From Candidatus Margulisiibacteriota bacterium (GTDB taxonomy: Bacteria > Margulisbacteria > Riflemargulisbacteria > GWF2-35-9), in the NCBI GenBank assembly GCA_028715625.1, contig JAQURL010000003.1, forward strand, positions 5,533-69,532: a stretch of DNA of 64,000 bases. The letters are read 5' to 3'. Of the stretch, positions 40,982-51,708 are shown piece after piece. The position numbers were made by a program, and so were the translations under genes. How positions within the stretch are numbered: position 1 is the first letter of the stretch; the number at the start of each line of letters is the position of its first letter. The notes under the pieces are model-generated. The model was not told where the DNA came from, searched no databases, and was given only the letters and a program-made list of their open reading frames with translations.

Positions 40982-43900
40982 TTAAGCCTCTAATTCCATG
41001 GGTTCTTTTTTAGTCAAAACAACCTGTGGAATTAGCTCAATAGGTTTGTTGGTATAATACCCTGTTCCAGCAGGAATAAGTTTACCAATAATAACGTTTT
41101 CTTTAAGTCCGTACATCTCATCAATCTTTCCTTTTATAGCTGCTTCAGTCAGTACTTTCGCAGTTTCCTGGAATGATGCGGCGGATATAAATGATTCAGT
41201 ATTCAAAGATGCTTTGGTAATACCTAACAGTACTCGCTCGCCTATTGATGGTGCTTTACCTGCTTTTATCAAGTTCTCATTCTCCTTTTGGAACTCAACA
41301 ACATCGATAAGTTCTCCGGGTAATAATTTGGAATCACCCATATCGATTATTTTAACTTTTCTGGTCATTTGCCTTAAGATAATTTCTACATGTTTATCGT
41401 TAATGGTAACACCCTGTCCGCGATAAACTTTTTGAACTTCTTCCAGTAAAAATTCCTGTACGGCCTGAACACCCAGAATAGAAAGAATATCGTGCGGAGA
41501 AATTATTCCTTCAGTAAGCATAGACCCTTTCAATACTTTGTCCCCAGTGTGAACTACAATACGAGTATCAGCAGGGACTTTGTACTCCTGTTTATCATCA
41601 TCATTGTATACTGCGACTACTCTTACGCCTTCTTTTGTAACAATTTCCACCGAACCGTCAATTTCTGCGAGGGTTGCTTTATTTTTAGATATTCGGGATT
41701 CAAAAAGCGCTTCAACTTTCGGCAAACCTGCAACAATATCTCTGGCTTTACCGCCCTGGTTAAATCTTTTTTCTTTCCTGATAATCTGATTTTCTTTAAT
41801 GGTATCGCCGGAATTGACAAAAAGAAGAGCACCCTCTGAACAATGATAGGTGTTTGCCTGCATTATTGTAATAAGTTCGGAGGCAACACTGGCTATTATA
41901 CCTGCTACTTTTGATTCCTTTTTGTTTGTCAAATTATCGCCGATTTTAACAATCTGGCCTTCTTTAACTTTTACCTTTTCTTCTGCCCCGATGGACACTT
42001 TCTCCAGCTTTTTCTTGTTAACCAGAATAATATCGCCTTCATTTTTCACAACATAGTTCACAATATGCTTGCCGACTTTGTTGGGCATAAGTTTTACATC
42101 ACCGGTCAGCCTCAGTTCGCCGGATACTGATGAAACTAGATAATCAACTGTGGAGTCATGACCAAAGAGCACGGTCCCTTTTTCTACTTTTTGACCTTTC
42201 TTCACTCGTAACTCAGACCCTTGAGAGATCATGTATTTCTTCTGATCTCCTTCTTTTGACTTCACTGTGATTTCACCGTCACGAACAACAACTTCTACCA
42301 CATTACCATATTCGTTATGTACTTCATGAACTATCAAATTTTTACTGATAGAAACCGTACCGGCCATATCTGCCTTTATTTCTACCTTTATAGATCTAGA
42401 TAAGTCTACACCTCCGGTATGGAAGGTTCTCATGGTCAGCTGGGTACCAGGTTCACCGATTGATTGGGCGGCAATAATACCTACAGCTTCGCCAGTATCG
42501 ATAATATGATCGCTGCTTAAATCTCTGCCATAACACTTCTGGCACAGACCTCGTTTCGCTTCACAGGTAATTACTGAGCGCACCTGCATTTCTTCTTTGC
42601 CTTCTTTAATAATCCCATTAGCCATTTCTTCGGTTATTGTCTGGTCCACATCCACAATCACATTACCTTTAGCATCAGTAATTTTCTCCAGACTTACGCG
42701 ACCAGTTAATCTTTCTTTTAAAGAAATTACCTCGTCGTAGCCTTCTTTGATGGCTGTAACACGAACACCATTACTGGTTTTACAATCGTCTTCAGTGATC
42801 ATTATGTCCTGCGCGATATCAACCAGTCTTCTGGTCAGATAACCAGAGTCCGCAGTTCTTAATGCCGTGTCGACCAAACCTTTTCTTGCTCCATATGTAG
42901 AAATAAAATATTCTGTGGAATTCAATCCTTCACGGAAGTTAGTAATAATAGGAATGTCTACAGTATTACCGGAAGCATCTGCCATCAGACCGCGCATACC
43001 TGCAAGCTGTTTAACCTGGTCGATGCTGCCTCTGGCACCTGAACTTGCCATCATGAAGACGTTATTCAATTCACTGAAATTACCCTTCATGGCCTCGGTT
43101 ACTTTTTCACCGGTAGCACGCCATACTTCCAGTTCTCTTAAACGCTTTTCATCGTTGGCAATAATTCCTTTTTCAAAAAGAGTTTCAATCTGATCGATTT
43201 CATCATAGGCTTTTTCGATAATATCTTTTTTGGTAGGTGGAACTGTTAAATCCTCGATGGATATGGAAATACCGGCTTTGGTTGCGTACTTGAAGCCGAT
43301 ATCTTTCATTTCATCAGCCAGAATAGCTGTCATTTCGTTCCCGAACCTGAAAAACCAGTCCAGCATCAAAGCAGAAAGCTGCTTTTTACCTAACGGTTCA
43401 TTAATAAATTTTTGTTCAGGCAGTCCCTGTTTGGAAATTGCATCACCAATTGCCATATTTAATATAACACGGCCGACACTGGTTGCAATAATTTCAGCAT
43501 TGTGCCTGACTTTTATTTTGTCATGGATTTGAATTTGATTGGTTTCGTAAGCACGCATAACTTCATCAAAATCAGTGAACATTCTTTTAGGATTCTCTTT
43601 AAGAGTGCTATCCATAACTGTCAAATAATAAATACCTAAAACCATATCCTGACTCGGTGTAATTACCGGTCTGCCGTTAGCAGGTGCCAGTATATTATTA
43701 TTAGCCAGCATCAGCAGTCTTGCTTCTGCTTGTGCTTCCAGAGATAAAGGAATATGTATCGCCATCTGGTCGCCGTCAAAGTCAGCGTTAAAAGCAGAAC
43801 AAACAAGCGGATGAAGCTGAATAGCTTTACCTTCAACCAGTACAGGCTCAAATGCCTGTATACCTAATCTGTGCAAAGTAGGTGCACGGTTAAGCATTAC

Positions 43901-45142
43901 AGGATGCCCGTCAATAATTTCTTCCAGAACATCCCAAACTTCTATATCACTTCTTTCAATTTTTCTTTTGGCACTTTTAACATTTTGCACAAAACCTTTT
44001 TCTACCAGTTTTCTGATAACAAAAGGTTTAAATAATTCCAGTGCCATGGTTTTAGGAACACCGCATTGATGTAATTTCAAATGCGGACCGACGACGATTA
44101 CCGAACGACCGGAATAATCGACTCGTTTACCTAATAAATTCTGACGGAAACGGCCCTGCTTGCCTTGAATGATATCGCTTAATGATTTTAACGGTCGGCC
44201 ATTACTTCCGGTAACCACCCTGCCTCTTCTTCCATTATTAAGAAGTACGTCAACTGCTTCCTGCAACATGCGCATTTCATTTTTAACAATCATGTTCGGA
44301 GCACCGATATCAAGTAATCTTTTTAAACGATTATTACGGTTAATAACACGACGGTAAAGATCATTAAGATCAGAAGTTGCAAACCTTCCGCCTTCCAACT
44401 GCACCATAGGTCTTAAGTCTGGGGGCATGACCGGAATTACGTCCATTATCATCCAGTCCGGTCTGTTACCTGAATCCAGAAATGAATCTACTACCCTATA
44501 ACGTTTGGTAAGTTTTAACTTTTTTTGCGCAGACGCAGTTTTAATTTCTTCTTTTAGCTGCTCCAGCAGTTCCTGCAAATTAATTTTTTTCAATAAAGTT
44601 TTTATAGCTCTGGCACCGATGTCAGCTTTAAACTTTTCACCATATTTTTCTTTGAGTTCCAGATATTTCTGCTCACTCAGTCTCTGCTTTTCTTCAAGTA
44701 TAGCTTCCAGTTCAGTTGATACTTCGGTAATAATATAGCTATCATAATAAATAACTTCTTCCAGACCTTTTACTGTCATATCCAGTAAAACTCCCATGTA
44801 GGAAGGTACGCCTTTTAAATACCAGATGTGAGAAACAGGCGCAGCCAGTTCAATATGGCCCATACGTTCACGACGTACTTTGGAATGAGTTACTTCCACA
44901 CCGCATCTTTCACATACAATTCCTCTATATCTGACCCGGCGATATTTACCGCAAGCGCATTCCCAATCCTTGACCGGCCCGAAAATTCTTTCACAGAAAA
45001 GTCCGTTTCTCTCAGGTCTGAAGGTTCTGTAGTTAATGGTTTCAGGCTTGGTCACTTCACCGTGAGACCATGCCCTTACGCGCTCAGGAGATGTTAAGGT
45101 AATCTTGATTTTCTTAAATTCGTCATAGCTTTTTGATAACAT
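40982..45142 (-). CDS. rpoC: DNA-directed RNA polymerase subunit beta'
   Basis: 1386 aa. Zn-finger (CxxC...CxxC) near the N-terminus and the catalytic NADFDGD motif. Confidence 0.97.
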   Translation of the reverse strand: MLSKSYDEFKKIKITLTSPERVRAWSHGEVTKPETINYRTFRPERNGLFCERIFGPVKDWECACGKYRRVRYRGIVCERCGVEVTHSKVRRERMGHIELAAPVSHIWYLKGVPSYMGVLLDMTVKGLEEVIYYDSYIITEVSTELEAILEEKQRLSEQKYLELKEKYGEKFKADIGARAIKTLLKKINLQELLEQLKEEIKTASAQKKLKLTKRYRVVDSFLDSGNRPDWMIMDVIPVMPPDLRPMVQLEGGRFATSDLNDLYRRVINRNNRLKRLLDIGAPNMIVKNEMRMLQEAVDVLLNNGRRGRVVTGSNGRPLKSLSDIIQGKQGRFRQNLLGKRVDYSGRSVIVVGPHLKLHQCGVPKTMALELFKPFVIRKLVEKGFVQNVKSAKRKIERSDIEVWDVLEEIIDGHPVMLNRAPTLHRLGIQAFEPVLVEGKAIQLHPLVCSAFNADFDGDQMAIHIPLSLEAQAEARLLMLANNNILAPANGRPVITPSQDMVLGIYYLTVMDSTLKENPKRMFTDFDEVMRAYETNQIQIHDKIKVRHNAEIIATSVGRVILNMAIGDAISKQGLPEQKFINEPLGKKQLSALMLDWFFRFGNEMTAILADEMKDIGFKYATKAGISISIEDLTVPPTKKDIIEKAYDEIDQIETLFEKGIIANDEKRLRELEVWRATGEKVTEAMKGNFSELNNVFMMASSGARGSIDQVKQLAGMRGLMADASGNTVDIPIITNFREGLNSTEYFISTYGARKGLVDTALRTADSGYLTRRLVDIAQDIMITEDDCKTSNGVRVTAIKEGYDEVISLKERLTGRVSLEKITDAKGNVIVDVDQTITEEMANGIIKEGKEEMQVRSVITCEAKRGLCQKCYGRDLSSDHIIDTGEAVGIIAAQSIGEPGTQLTMRTFHTGGVDLSRSIKVEIKADMAGTVSISKNLIVHEVHNEYGNVVEVVVRDGEITVKSKEGDQKKYMISQGSELRVKKGQKVEKGTVLFGHDSTVDYLVSSVSGELRLTGDVKLMPNKVGKHIVNYVVKNEGDIILVNKKKLEKVSIGAEEKVKVKEGQIVKIGDNLTNKKESKVAGIIASVASELITIMQANTYHCSEGALLFVNSGDTIKENQIIRKEKRFNQGGKARDIVAGLPKVEALFESRISKNKATLAEIDGSVEIVTKEGVRVVAVYNDDDKQEYKVPADTRIVVHTGDKVLKGSMLTEGIISPHDILSILGVQAVQEFLLEEVQKVYRGQGVTINDKHVEIILRQMTRKVKIIDMGDSKLLPGELIDVVEFQKENENLIKAGKAPSIGERVLLGITKASLNTESFISAASFQETAKVLTEAAIKGKIDEMYGLKENVIIGKLIPAGTGYYTNKPIELIPQVVLTKKEPMELEA

Positions 45143-45164
45143 ATCTTATGATCTCCTTTTACCT

Positions 45165-48100
45165 TTATAATTTATCAATTTCTTCATTATCTTCATTCAA
45201 TAATCTAAGGTCTAAAGAAATACTGCGTAACTCTCTGACCAGAACTTTGAACGATTCAGGCACACCGGTCTTGGCGATCGGTTTACCTTTGATAATGGAT
45301 TCGTAAGCTTTGGCACGTCCTGTAACATCGTCAGATTTTATGGTCAGCATTTCCTGTAGTGTATGTGATGCTCCGTATGCTTCCAGTGCCCAAACTTCCA
45401 TTTCGCCGAAACGCTGTCCGCCGAACTGGGCTTTACCACCAAGTGGTTGCTGAGTAACTAATGAGTAAGGTCCTGTTGAACGAGCATGTATTTTGTCGTC
45501 AACAAGGTGAATCAGTTTTAACATAAACATACAGCCGCAAAAAACAGGTCTGTCGAAATATTCGCCTGTACGACCATCTCTCAACTGTACTTTCCCGTTT
45601 TCTGTAAGCCATTCAAATCCTTTAACTTTTTTAGCTTTTTGTATTTCGGTAGATATAACATTTAAAGAACTTTCTTCTCCTAGAACTTCATCAAATGGAT
45701 TGATTAAATAATATTTGTTCAACGCTTTGGCCGCACCACCTAAAAGTGTTTCATAGATCTGACCTACGTTCATACGACTCGGTACGCCCAGTGGGTTCAA
45801 CACCATATCTATGGGAGAACCGTCAGGTAACATCGGCATGTCTTCCGGCGGTAATATTTTGGATATAACACCTTTATTTCCGTGACGACCTGCGATTTTG
45901 TCACCGATGGAAACTTTTCTTAAATGCGCCACATATACTCGAACTACTTTTATTACACCCGGCGGCAGGTTATCATTATTTTCCTTGGAAAAAACTTTAA
46001 CCTTTACTACTTTACCGTATTCTCCGGGAGAAACACGTAATGATGTATCTTTCATATCTCTGGCTTTGTCACCGAAAATAGCGCGAAGCAATTTTTCTTC
46101 AGCAGGAGGTTCGGATTCTCCTTTTGGAGTAACTTTACCGACCAGAATATCTCCGGGTTTGACTTCAGCACCCACCCGAACGACACCGTCCTCATCCAGG
46201 TTCGCCAGCAATTCTTCGGAAACGTTGGCTACTTCTCTGGTTATTTCTTCATCTCCAAGCTTTGTAGTCCGGACATCAACTTCAAATTTTGTTATATGCA
46301 CAGTAGAAAAAACATCTTCCTTAACCAGTTTGTCGCTGATTAAAATCGAGTCTTCAAAGTTTAAACCTTCCCAGGGCACAAAAGCAACAACGATATTTCT
46401 ACCCAGCGCCAGTTCGCCATCTTTGGTAGAAGCGCCGTCAGCCAGAATGTCACCGGCATCCACCTTGTCGCCAACATTTACTATCGGCTGCTGGTTTACC
46501 CAGGTGTTCTGATTGCTCTTCTGATATTTAATCATGTTATATCTTCTGACTTTACCTTTTTTGTTCTTAACAATAACATGATTGGCATCTACCGCTGTTA
46601 CTTCTCCGGCTTCTTCCGCCAGCACCATGGAACCTGCATATCTGGCAATATCAAACTCCAGACCTGTCCCGACAAAAGGCCTTTCCGGCAGCAATAATGG
46701 AGTAGCCTGTCTCTGCATGTTGGCTCCCATCAAGGCACGGTTGGCATCGTCGTGTTCCAGAAATGGTATAAGTCCGGTAGATATACCGAACATTTGTCTG
46801 GGAGATACACCCACGTATTCTACTTCATCAGCTTTGGCGTACTGGAATTCTTTTCTAAAACGTACCGGCACTTTACCTTCTGAAATAATGCCTTCCTTTG
46901 TTTTGATATCAAAAGGAGCTATTTTATGATAGTCTTCCAAATCAGCTGTAAAATAAGTAACTTCACTGGTGATTTTCTTGTTCTTTACCTTTATATATGG
47001 TGTCTCGATAAAACCAAATTTGTTGATCCTGGCAAAAATTGCCAGAGGGCCAATAAGACCTGCATTCTGGCCTTCGGGAGTTTCTACTACGCAAATCCTG
47101 CCGTAATGTGACGGATGAATATCGCGCACTTCAAAACCCGCTCTTTCTTTGGTTAAACCTCCAGGCCCAAGGGCTGACAATCTGCGTCTGTGATTAAGTT
47201 CAGCCAGCGGATTGGTCTGGTCCATAAACTGCGACAATTGGCTGGTACCAAAAAATTCGCGCATCACAGCCATTAACGGTCTGATGTTAATAAGTTTCTG
47301 TGGTACGATTTCTTCCGGTTCGCTTACAGTCATCTGCTCATTTACAAGCCTTTCCAGTCTGGCCAGGCCCACTCTGAGCTGTTTTTGCATGAGCTCTCCG
47401 GCGCATCTGACACGACGATTGCCCAAATGGTCAATATCATCAGTCAAACCTTCACCGGAAATAAGTTTTAAAATTTCATTTACTATGGCAAATATATCTT
47501 TTTCGGTTAAAACCGTTACATCATCCTTTACAGTAAGATGCAGACGATTGTTCAGCTTGTATCTGCCCACTTTTCCCAAATCATATGATTTGTTATCGAA
47601 AAATAAACCCTTCACCAGATTGTTAGCTGCTTCCTGATTGAAAGGATCTCCGGGTTTTAAACGATAGTAAACCTCTTTTAAAGCCTGGTCCTTATCTTTG
47701 ATGCCGCTTTTTTCAATAGTATTTTTGATAAATTTGTTATCTTTTATTGCTGCGATCATAGTTTTTTCATCGATACCGATTGCTCCTAAAAATACATTCA
47801 GAGGTAATTTCCTTACTTTGTTCACATGTACATAAAGTACGTTGCTTTTGTCTGTTTCAATTTCTAACCATGCTCCACGGTTAGGAATTACAGTTGCGTG
47901 ATAGGTAATAATACCTTGTTTATCATTTTTTTCTTTGAAGTAAACACCTGGCGAACGTACGAATTGGCTTACGACAACTCTTTCCGCGCCATTTATTAAA
48001 AATGTACCTTTTTCCGTCATCACGGGAATATTCCCCATGTAAACGTCCTGTTCCTTAACTTCCCCTGTTTCTTTATCTAACAGTCTTACTTTTACTTTTA

Positions 48101-48365
48101 AGGGAGCTGAAAATGTAAGTTCTCTGTCCCTGCATTCTTCTAACGAATAATCCGGTTCTCCCAATTCATAATCATCCAAAAATTCCAGTTCCAGTCTGTT
48201 GCCGAAACCTTTGATAGGAGATATTGCTTTTAATTCTTCTTTGATTCCTATTTTGACGAACTCGTCAAATGACTTTCTCTGAATGTCTATTAAATTCGAT
48301 ATAGAGACTTTATCGCTTATTTTATCCTTATGTAAGGATTCTCTTGGAGCAACTTTAGTAGCCAC
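45165..48365 (-). CDS. rpoB: DNA-directed RNA polymerase subunit beta (compact form)
   Basis: 1066 aa with conserved beta-subunit regions throughout. Appears to start with GTG 7 nt after a GAGGTGA Shine-Dalgarno sequence. Shorter than most bacterial beta subunits. Confidence 0.95.
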   Translation of the reverse strand: MATKVAPRESLHKDKISDKVSISNLIDIQRKSFDEFVKIGIKEELKAISPIKGFGNRLELEFLDDYELGEPDYSLEECRDRELTFSAPLKVKVRLLDKETGEVKEQDVYMGNIPVMTEKGTFLINGAERVVVSQFVRSPGVYFKEKNDKQGIITYHATVIPNRGAWLEIETDKSNVLYVHVNKVRKLPLNVFLGAIGIDEKTMIAAIKDNKFIKNTIEKSGIKDKDQALKEVYYRLKPGDPFNQEAANNLVKGLFFDNKSYDLGKVGRYKLNNRLHLTVKDDVTVLTEKDIFAIVNEILKLISGEGLTDDIDHLGNRRVRCAGELMQKQLRVGLARLERLVNEQMTVSEPEEIVPQKLINIRPLMAVMREFFGTSQLSQFMDQTNPLAELNHRRRLSALGPGGLTKERAGFEVRDIHPSHYGRICVVETPEGQNAGLIGPLAIFARINKFGFIETPYIKVKNKKITSEVTYFTADLEDYHKIAPFDIKTKEGIISEGKVPVRFRKEFQYAKADEVEYVGVSPRQMFGISTGLIPFLEHDDANRALMGANMQRQATPLLLPERPFVGTGLEFDIARYAGSMVLAEEAGEVTAVDANHVIVKNKKGKVRRYNMIKYQKSNQNTWVNQQPIVNVGDKVDAGDILADGASTKDGELALGRNIVVAFVPWEGLNFEDSILISDKLVKEDVFSTVHITKFEVDVRTTKLGDEEITREVANVSEELLANLDEDGVVRVGAEVKPGDILVGKVTPKGESEPPAEEKLLRAIFGDKARDMKDTSLRVSPGEYGKVVKVKVFSKENNDNLPPGVIKVVRVYVAHLRKVSIGDKIAGRHGNKGVISKILPPEDMPMLPDGSPIDMVLNPLGVPSRMNVGQIYETLLGGAAKALNKYYLINPFDEVLGEESSLNVISTEIQKAKKVKGFEWLTENGKVQLRDGRTGEYFDRPVFCGCMFMLKLIHLVDDKIHARSTGPYSLVTQQPLGGKAQFGGQRFGEMEVWALEAYGASHTLQEMLTIKSDDVTGRAKAYESIIKGKPIAKTGVPESFKVLVRELRSISLDLRLLNEDNEEIDKL

Positions 48366-48388
48366 TAAAAAATCACCTCAATTTTTTT

Positions 48389-48412
48389 GGGGGGGATTAG
48401 TGCAATCCCCCC
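48389..48412. promoter_or_regulatory. Strong GC hairpin in the rplL-rpoB gap (candidate attenuator or processing site)
   Basis: GGGGGGATT-agtgc-AATCCCCCC: a 9-bp stem in an otherwise AT-rich 59-nt gap. On the coding (minus) strand it is followed by CAAAAAAATT rather than a U-tract. Confidence 0.4.
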
Positions 48413-48424
48413 TCTTATATATTT

Positions 48425-48832
48425 TTATTTTACTGTAACTTTTGCGCCTTCGGCTTCGAGTTTCTTCTTGATTTCTTCTGCTTCTTCTTTTTTCAACTTT
48501 TCTTTTACGGTTTTGGGTGCGCCGTCAACCAGGTCTTTAGCTTCTTTTAAACCTAAACCTGTAATTTCTCTTACAACTTTCAGTACCTGGATCTTTTTAT
48601 CCCCTGCTGAATTGAGAATGACGCTTACCTCATCATTTGCAGCTTCGGCAGCCGGTGCGGCACCTGCAGCAGCTGGCGCTGCGGCCATTGCCATAGGAGC
48701 GGCGGCAGTAACTCCAAATTTTTCTTCTAAAGCTTTCACTAGTTCCGCGAGTTCCAAAACAGTCATTTTCTCGATAGTTTCAATGACTTTTTCACCTTCT
48801 TTGCTCACTTTCACTTCTGTCATTTCATTCAC
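48425..48832 (-). CDS. rplL: 50S ribosomal protein L7/L12
   Basis: 135 aa with an Ala-rich hinge and a conserved C-terminal domain ([16 protein letters not shown]). Confidence 0.95.
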   Translation of the reverse strand: MNEMTEVKVSKEGEKVIETIEKMTVLELAELVKALEEKFGVTAAAPMAMAAAPAAAGAAPAAEAANDEVSVILNSAGDKKIQVLKVVREITGLGLKEAKDLVDGAPKTVKEKLKKEEAEEIKKKLEAEGAKVTVK

Positions 48833-48844
48833 CTCCTTTTTATA

Positions 48845-49375
48845 TTACGCTTTTTCTTTGGCTTCTTTTACGGCATTGACCGCGTAAACAAATTTACGCA
48901 GATTGCCCTGCAGCACATTAACAAAACCTGTAATCGGACTGTTCATCAACATCAACAATTTAGCTATTAATACTTCTTTGGACGGCAGTGTTGATAATGT
49001 TTTTACAGATGCCGTATCCAAAAATTTATTCTGAATAAGCGCGCCTTTCATTTTGGCGGCATCATTCTGTTTAATAAAATCCATTAAAATCTTGGCCGGT
49101 TTTACCGGGTCAACAGTACTGAAAATTAAGGCGGTACTTCCTGTCAGTATTTTCTTTACCTCTTCTCCTGCTTCCTGTCTGGCTTCATGCAAAGCCCTTA
49201 AGGAGAAAGTATTTTTATAAATTTTCAGTTCGGATGAATTCTCCTTGAGTAATGCCCGCAGACCGGTCATCTGCTCAACATTCAAACCCTGATATTCCAG
49301 AAAATAGATGTAATTGTTATTCTTGATTTTGTCTTTTAGCTCATCGACAACTTGTACTTTAGATTCCTTAACCAC
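48845..49375 (-). CDS. rplJ: 50S ribosomal protein L10
   Basis: 176 aa. Confidence 0.9.
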   Translation of the reverse strand: MVKESKVQVVDELKDKIKNNNYIYFLEYQGLNVEQMTGLRALLKENSSELKIYKNTFSLRALHEARQEAGEEVKKILTGSTALIFSTVDPVKPAKILMDFIKQNDAAKMKGALIQNKFLDTASVKTLSTLPSKEVLIAKLLMLMNSPITGFVNVLQGNLRKFVYAVNAVKEAKEKA

Positions 49376-49503
49376 TTTTATCCTCCTCCGATCTGACTAT
49401 TCCCTTTTCACTGCAAAGAGGACAAATAGTTAGGGACGACTATTTACCTCGGCAGGATTATTAAGCCCGTCAGGCCCCTGCTGTCTTGGGCAGTTCTGTC
49501 TGG
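49376..49503 (-). ncRNA. Structured GC-rich leader between rplA and rplJ (putative L10 autoregulatory leader)
   Basis: 128-nt non-coding gap, markedly more GC-rich than its surroundings (e.g. CAGCAGGGGCCTGACGGGC, CTGCCGAGG), with multiple complementary segments. The position matches the L10(L12)4-binding leader of other bacteria. Confidence 0.4.
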
Positions 49504-50196
49504 TTAGTTCATGTTCATTGAGTCCACTTCCACACCTGGACTCATTGTATGCGCCAAATAAACACCCTTTATATAAACACCTTTGGCTGATGACGGCTTG
49601 GCCTTTAATATAGCGTCATACACAGCCAAAATATTGTCTTTTAATCTTTCTTTCTTAAAACTTTTTTTGCCGATAGACATATGTACGATACCTTGTTTGT
49701 CCGCTCTGTATTCAACTTTACCTTTACGAAATTCTTCAACAGCTTTTTTAACATCCAGAGTAATTGTACCGGTTTTGGGAGAAGGCATAAGTCCTTTTTT
49801 ACCCAACACCTTACCAAGTACACCCACGAGCTTCATCATGTCCGGTGTTGTAACCAGCACATCAAATTCCACCCAGCCACCTTTGATCTTTTCAATCAAA
49901 TCTTCACTGCCTACGTAATCGGCTCCGGCCTTTTCAGCCTCTGCCAGTTTCTCACCCTTGGCAATGACAGCTACTTTCGTAGATTTTCCAACACCATGAG
50001 GCAATATCAAAGTGCCTCTTACCTGCTGATCACTGTGTTTCACATTGATCCCCAGCCTTACGGTAAGTTCGGTCGATTCATCAAATTTGGCCGCAGGCAT
50101 CTTGTCCAGTACCTCAAGAGCATCACTTAACGTATACTTCTTGTGAGGTTCAACCAATTCTACTTTGCTTTTATATGCTTTAGATCTCTTTCTCAT
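49504..50196 (-). CDS. rplA: 50S ribosomal protein L1
   Basis: 230 aa. Confidence 0.95.
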   Translation of the reverse strand: MRKRSKAYKSKVELVEPHKKYTLSDALEVLDKMPAAKFDESTELTVRLGINVKHSDQQVRGTLILPHGVGKSTKVAVIAKGEKLAEAEKAGADYVGSEDLIEKIKGGWVEFDVLVTTPDMMKLVGVLGKVLGKKGLMPSPKTGTITLDVKKAVEEFRKGKVEYRADKQGIVHMSIGKKSFKKERLKDNILAVYDAILKAKPSSAKGVYIKGVYLAHTMSPGVEVDSMNMN

Positions 50197-50213
50197 TCCA
50201 TTTCCTCCACTTG

Positions 50214-50636
50214 CTAGCTGATTTCTATACCCATACTTCTGGCTGAACCCATAACCGTCCTCATTGCAGAGTCCACAGACCTGGTATTTAAATCTTTTAA
50301 TTTAATTTGAGCAATTTCCTTCACCTGCGCCATGGTGACCGTACCAACTTTATTTTTATTTGGCTCTCCTGAACCCTTGGCGACTTTGGCAAACTTTTTC
50401 AACATGTCTGAAACCGGGGGGGTTTTTAAAATAAAATCAAAACTGCGATCTTCATAAACAGTAATAATTACTGGAATTATCTGATCGCCCATGGTCTTGG
50501 TCTTGTCATTATAGGCTTTGCAGAATTCCATAATATTTACACCCTGCTGTCCCAAGGCAGGACCTACGGGTGGTGCGGGATTTGCCTTGCCAGCCGGCAA
50601 TTGCAATTTAATATAACCTTTAACCTTTTTTGCCAC
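50214..50636 (-). CDS. rplK: 50S ribosomal protein L11
   Basis: 140 aa. [29 protein letters not shown] start. Confidence 0.95.
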   Translation of the reverse strand: MAKKVKGYIKLQLPAGKANPAPPVGPALGQQGVNIMEFCKAYNDKTKTMGDQIIPVIITVYEDRSFDFILKTPPVSDMLKKFAKVAKGSGEPNKNKVGTVTMAQVKEIAQIKLKDLNTRSVDSAMRTVMGSARSMGIEIS

Positions 50637-50654
50637 TTTAATTACCTCCGGAAC

Positions 50655-51386
50655 TTATTTTGATGCTTTTTCAACTTGGTCAAAATCTATCTCCACCGGT
50701 GTTTCACGGCCGAAGATAAGAAGCATTGATTTTAACTTTCCTTTTTCAGCATTAATTTCTTTAACCGGACCTGTATAACCTCTGAACGGACCGGCAATAA
50801 TTTTTACCATATCTCCAACTTCAAAATCTATCTGATACTTCTGAACTTTTACGCCTACCTGTCTTAAAACTTTCAGCATTTCATCATCTTTAACAGGTAT
50901 CGGAGTTTTCTGGTTGCCCATAAACTTGGACAAACCGGGAATTCTTTTCATGATATACCATAATTCATCATCAAATATCATGCGCACAAATATATAGCCC
51001 GGATACATTTTCTTGGCGGATTCAACTTTTTTATTATTCTTTACTTCGATAATATCTTCTTCGGGTATTAAAATTTCAAATATTTTGTCCTGCAATTTGA
51101 AAGCGCTCATTCTTTGTTCCAAACTGCGCCTAACTTTATATTCCTGGCCGGAATAAGTTTGAATTATATACCATTCGCCTTTACCTCGATTTTTGTCTTC
51201 TTCTGTGGTTTCTTCATCTGCTTCTACAGTTTCTTCTTCGGGCTGATCTTCGGCTGCTGCCTCAACATTCTCCTGAACTTCCAAGTCCTGTGTAACAGTG
51301 GCCTGTTCTTCCTGGCTTTTATCTGTTTCGGTCTGCTGAGCCAATTCTTCTTGAACAACAGCTTTTTTTTCAGATTTTTTTGCCAT
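50655..51386 (-). CDS. nusG: Transcription termination/antitermination factor NusG with an acidic N-terminal extension
   Basis: The track ORF (270 aa) starts inside secE. The plausible start is the ATG at 51384-51386, which overlaps the secE TAA (TAATG), giving 243 aa. The NGN domain (GEWYIIQTYSGQE) and KOW domain (GDMVKIIAGPF) are preceded by about 65 residues of E/D/Q/T-rich low-complexity sequence. Confidence 0.85.
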   Translation of the reverse strand: MAKKSEKKAVVQEELAQQTETDKSQEEQATVTQDLEVQENVEAAAEDQPEEETVEADEETTEEDKNRGKGEWYIIQTYSGQEYKVRRSLEQRMSAFKLQDKIFEILIPEEDIIEVKNNKKVESAKKMYPGYIFVRMIFDDELWYIMKRIPGLSKFMGNQKTPIPVKDDEMLKVLRQVGVKVQKYQIDFEVGDMVKIIAGPFRGYTGPVKEINAEKGKLKSMLLIFGRETPVEIDFDQVEKASK

Positions 51387-51574
51387 TATATTCTTATCCT
51401 TTCTAAATTCTTCACCAGATATGATAACCCGGCATCTACCACAAATACATAAAGCGAAACAATACAAAGTATTATAAAAATCACAATTACCAGAGTCATT
51501 ACTTTCCTCTGATTAGGCCAACTAACTTTGGTTAGTTCCTGCCTTGTTTCGCTAAAATATTCTTTTATCTTCAT
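51386..51574 (-). CDS. secE: Protein translocase subunit SecE
   Basis: 62 aa, single C-terminal TM, located between tRNA-Trp and nusG. Confidence 0.85.
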   Translation of the reverse strand: MKIKEYFSETRQELTKVSWPNQRKVMTLVIVIFIILCIVSLYVFVVDAGLSYLVKNLERIRI

Positions 51575-51631
51575 TAATCGTTATTCCGTTTATCAACGCC
51601 CATCCTGCTTCAGGCTCAAATCGAGCAAGGC

Positions 51632-51708
51632 TGGCAGGCCTGGCCGGACTCGAACCGACAACATGCGGTTTTGGAGACCGCCGCTCTACCAGTTGGAGCT
51701 ACAGGCCT
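51632..51708 (-). tRNA. tRNA-Trp (anticodon CCA)
   Basis: 77-nt cloverleaf folded by hand: acceptor AGGCCTG/CAGGCCT, D-arm GCTC...GAGC, anticodon stem GCGGT/ACCGC with loop CTCCAAA, T-arm GTCGG-TTCGAGT-CCGGC, discriminator G and an encoded CCA. Confidence 0.9.

Noticed and set aside
45898-46512. 204-aa plus-strand ORF, Ser/Thr/Pro-rich
   Set aside because: Lies entirely antisense within rpoB. The low-complexity composition is typical of antisense frames of conserved genes. No start context.
48387-48887. 166-aa plus-strand ORF rich in Ala/Ser
   Set aside because: Antisense to rplL. It mirrors the Ala-rich hinge of L7/L12 and is spurious.
50655-51467. 270-aa NusG ORF start at 51467 (MYCFALCICGRC...)
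   Set aside because: Would overlap secE by 82 nt in another frame. An ATG overlapping the secE stop (TAATG) at 51384-51386 is the natural coupled start.
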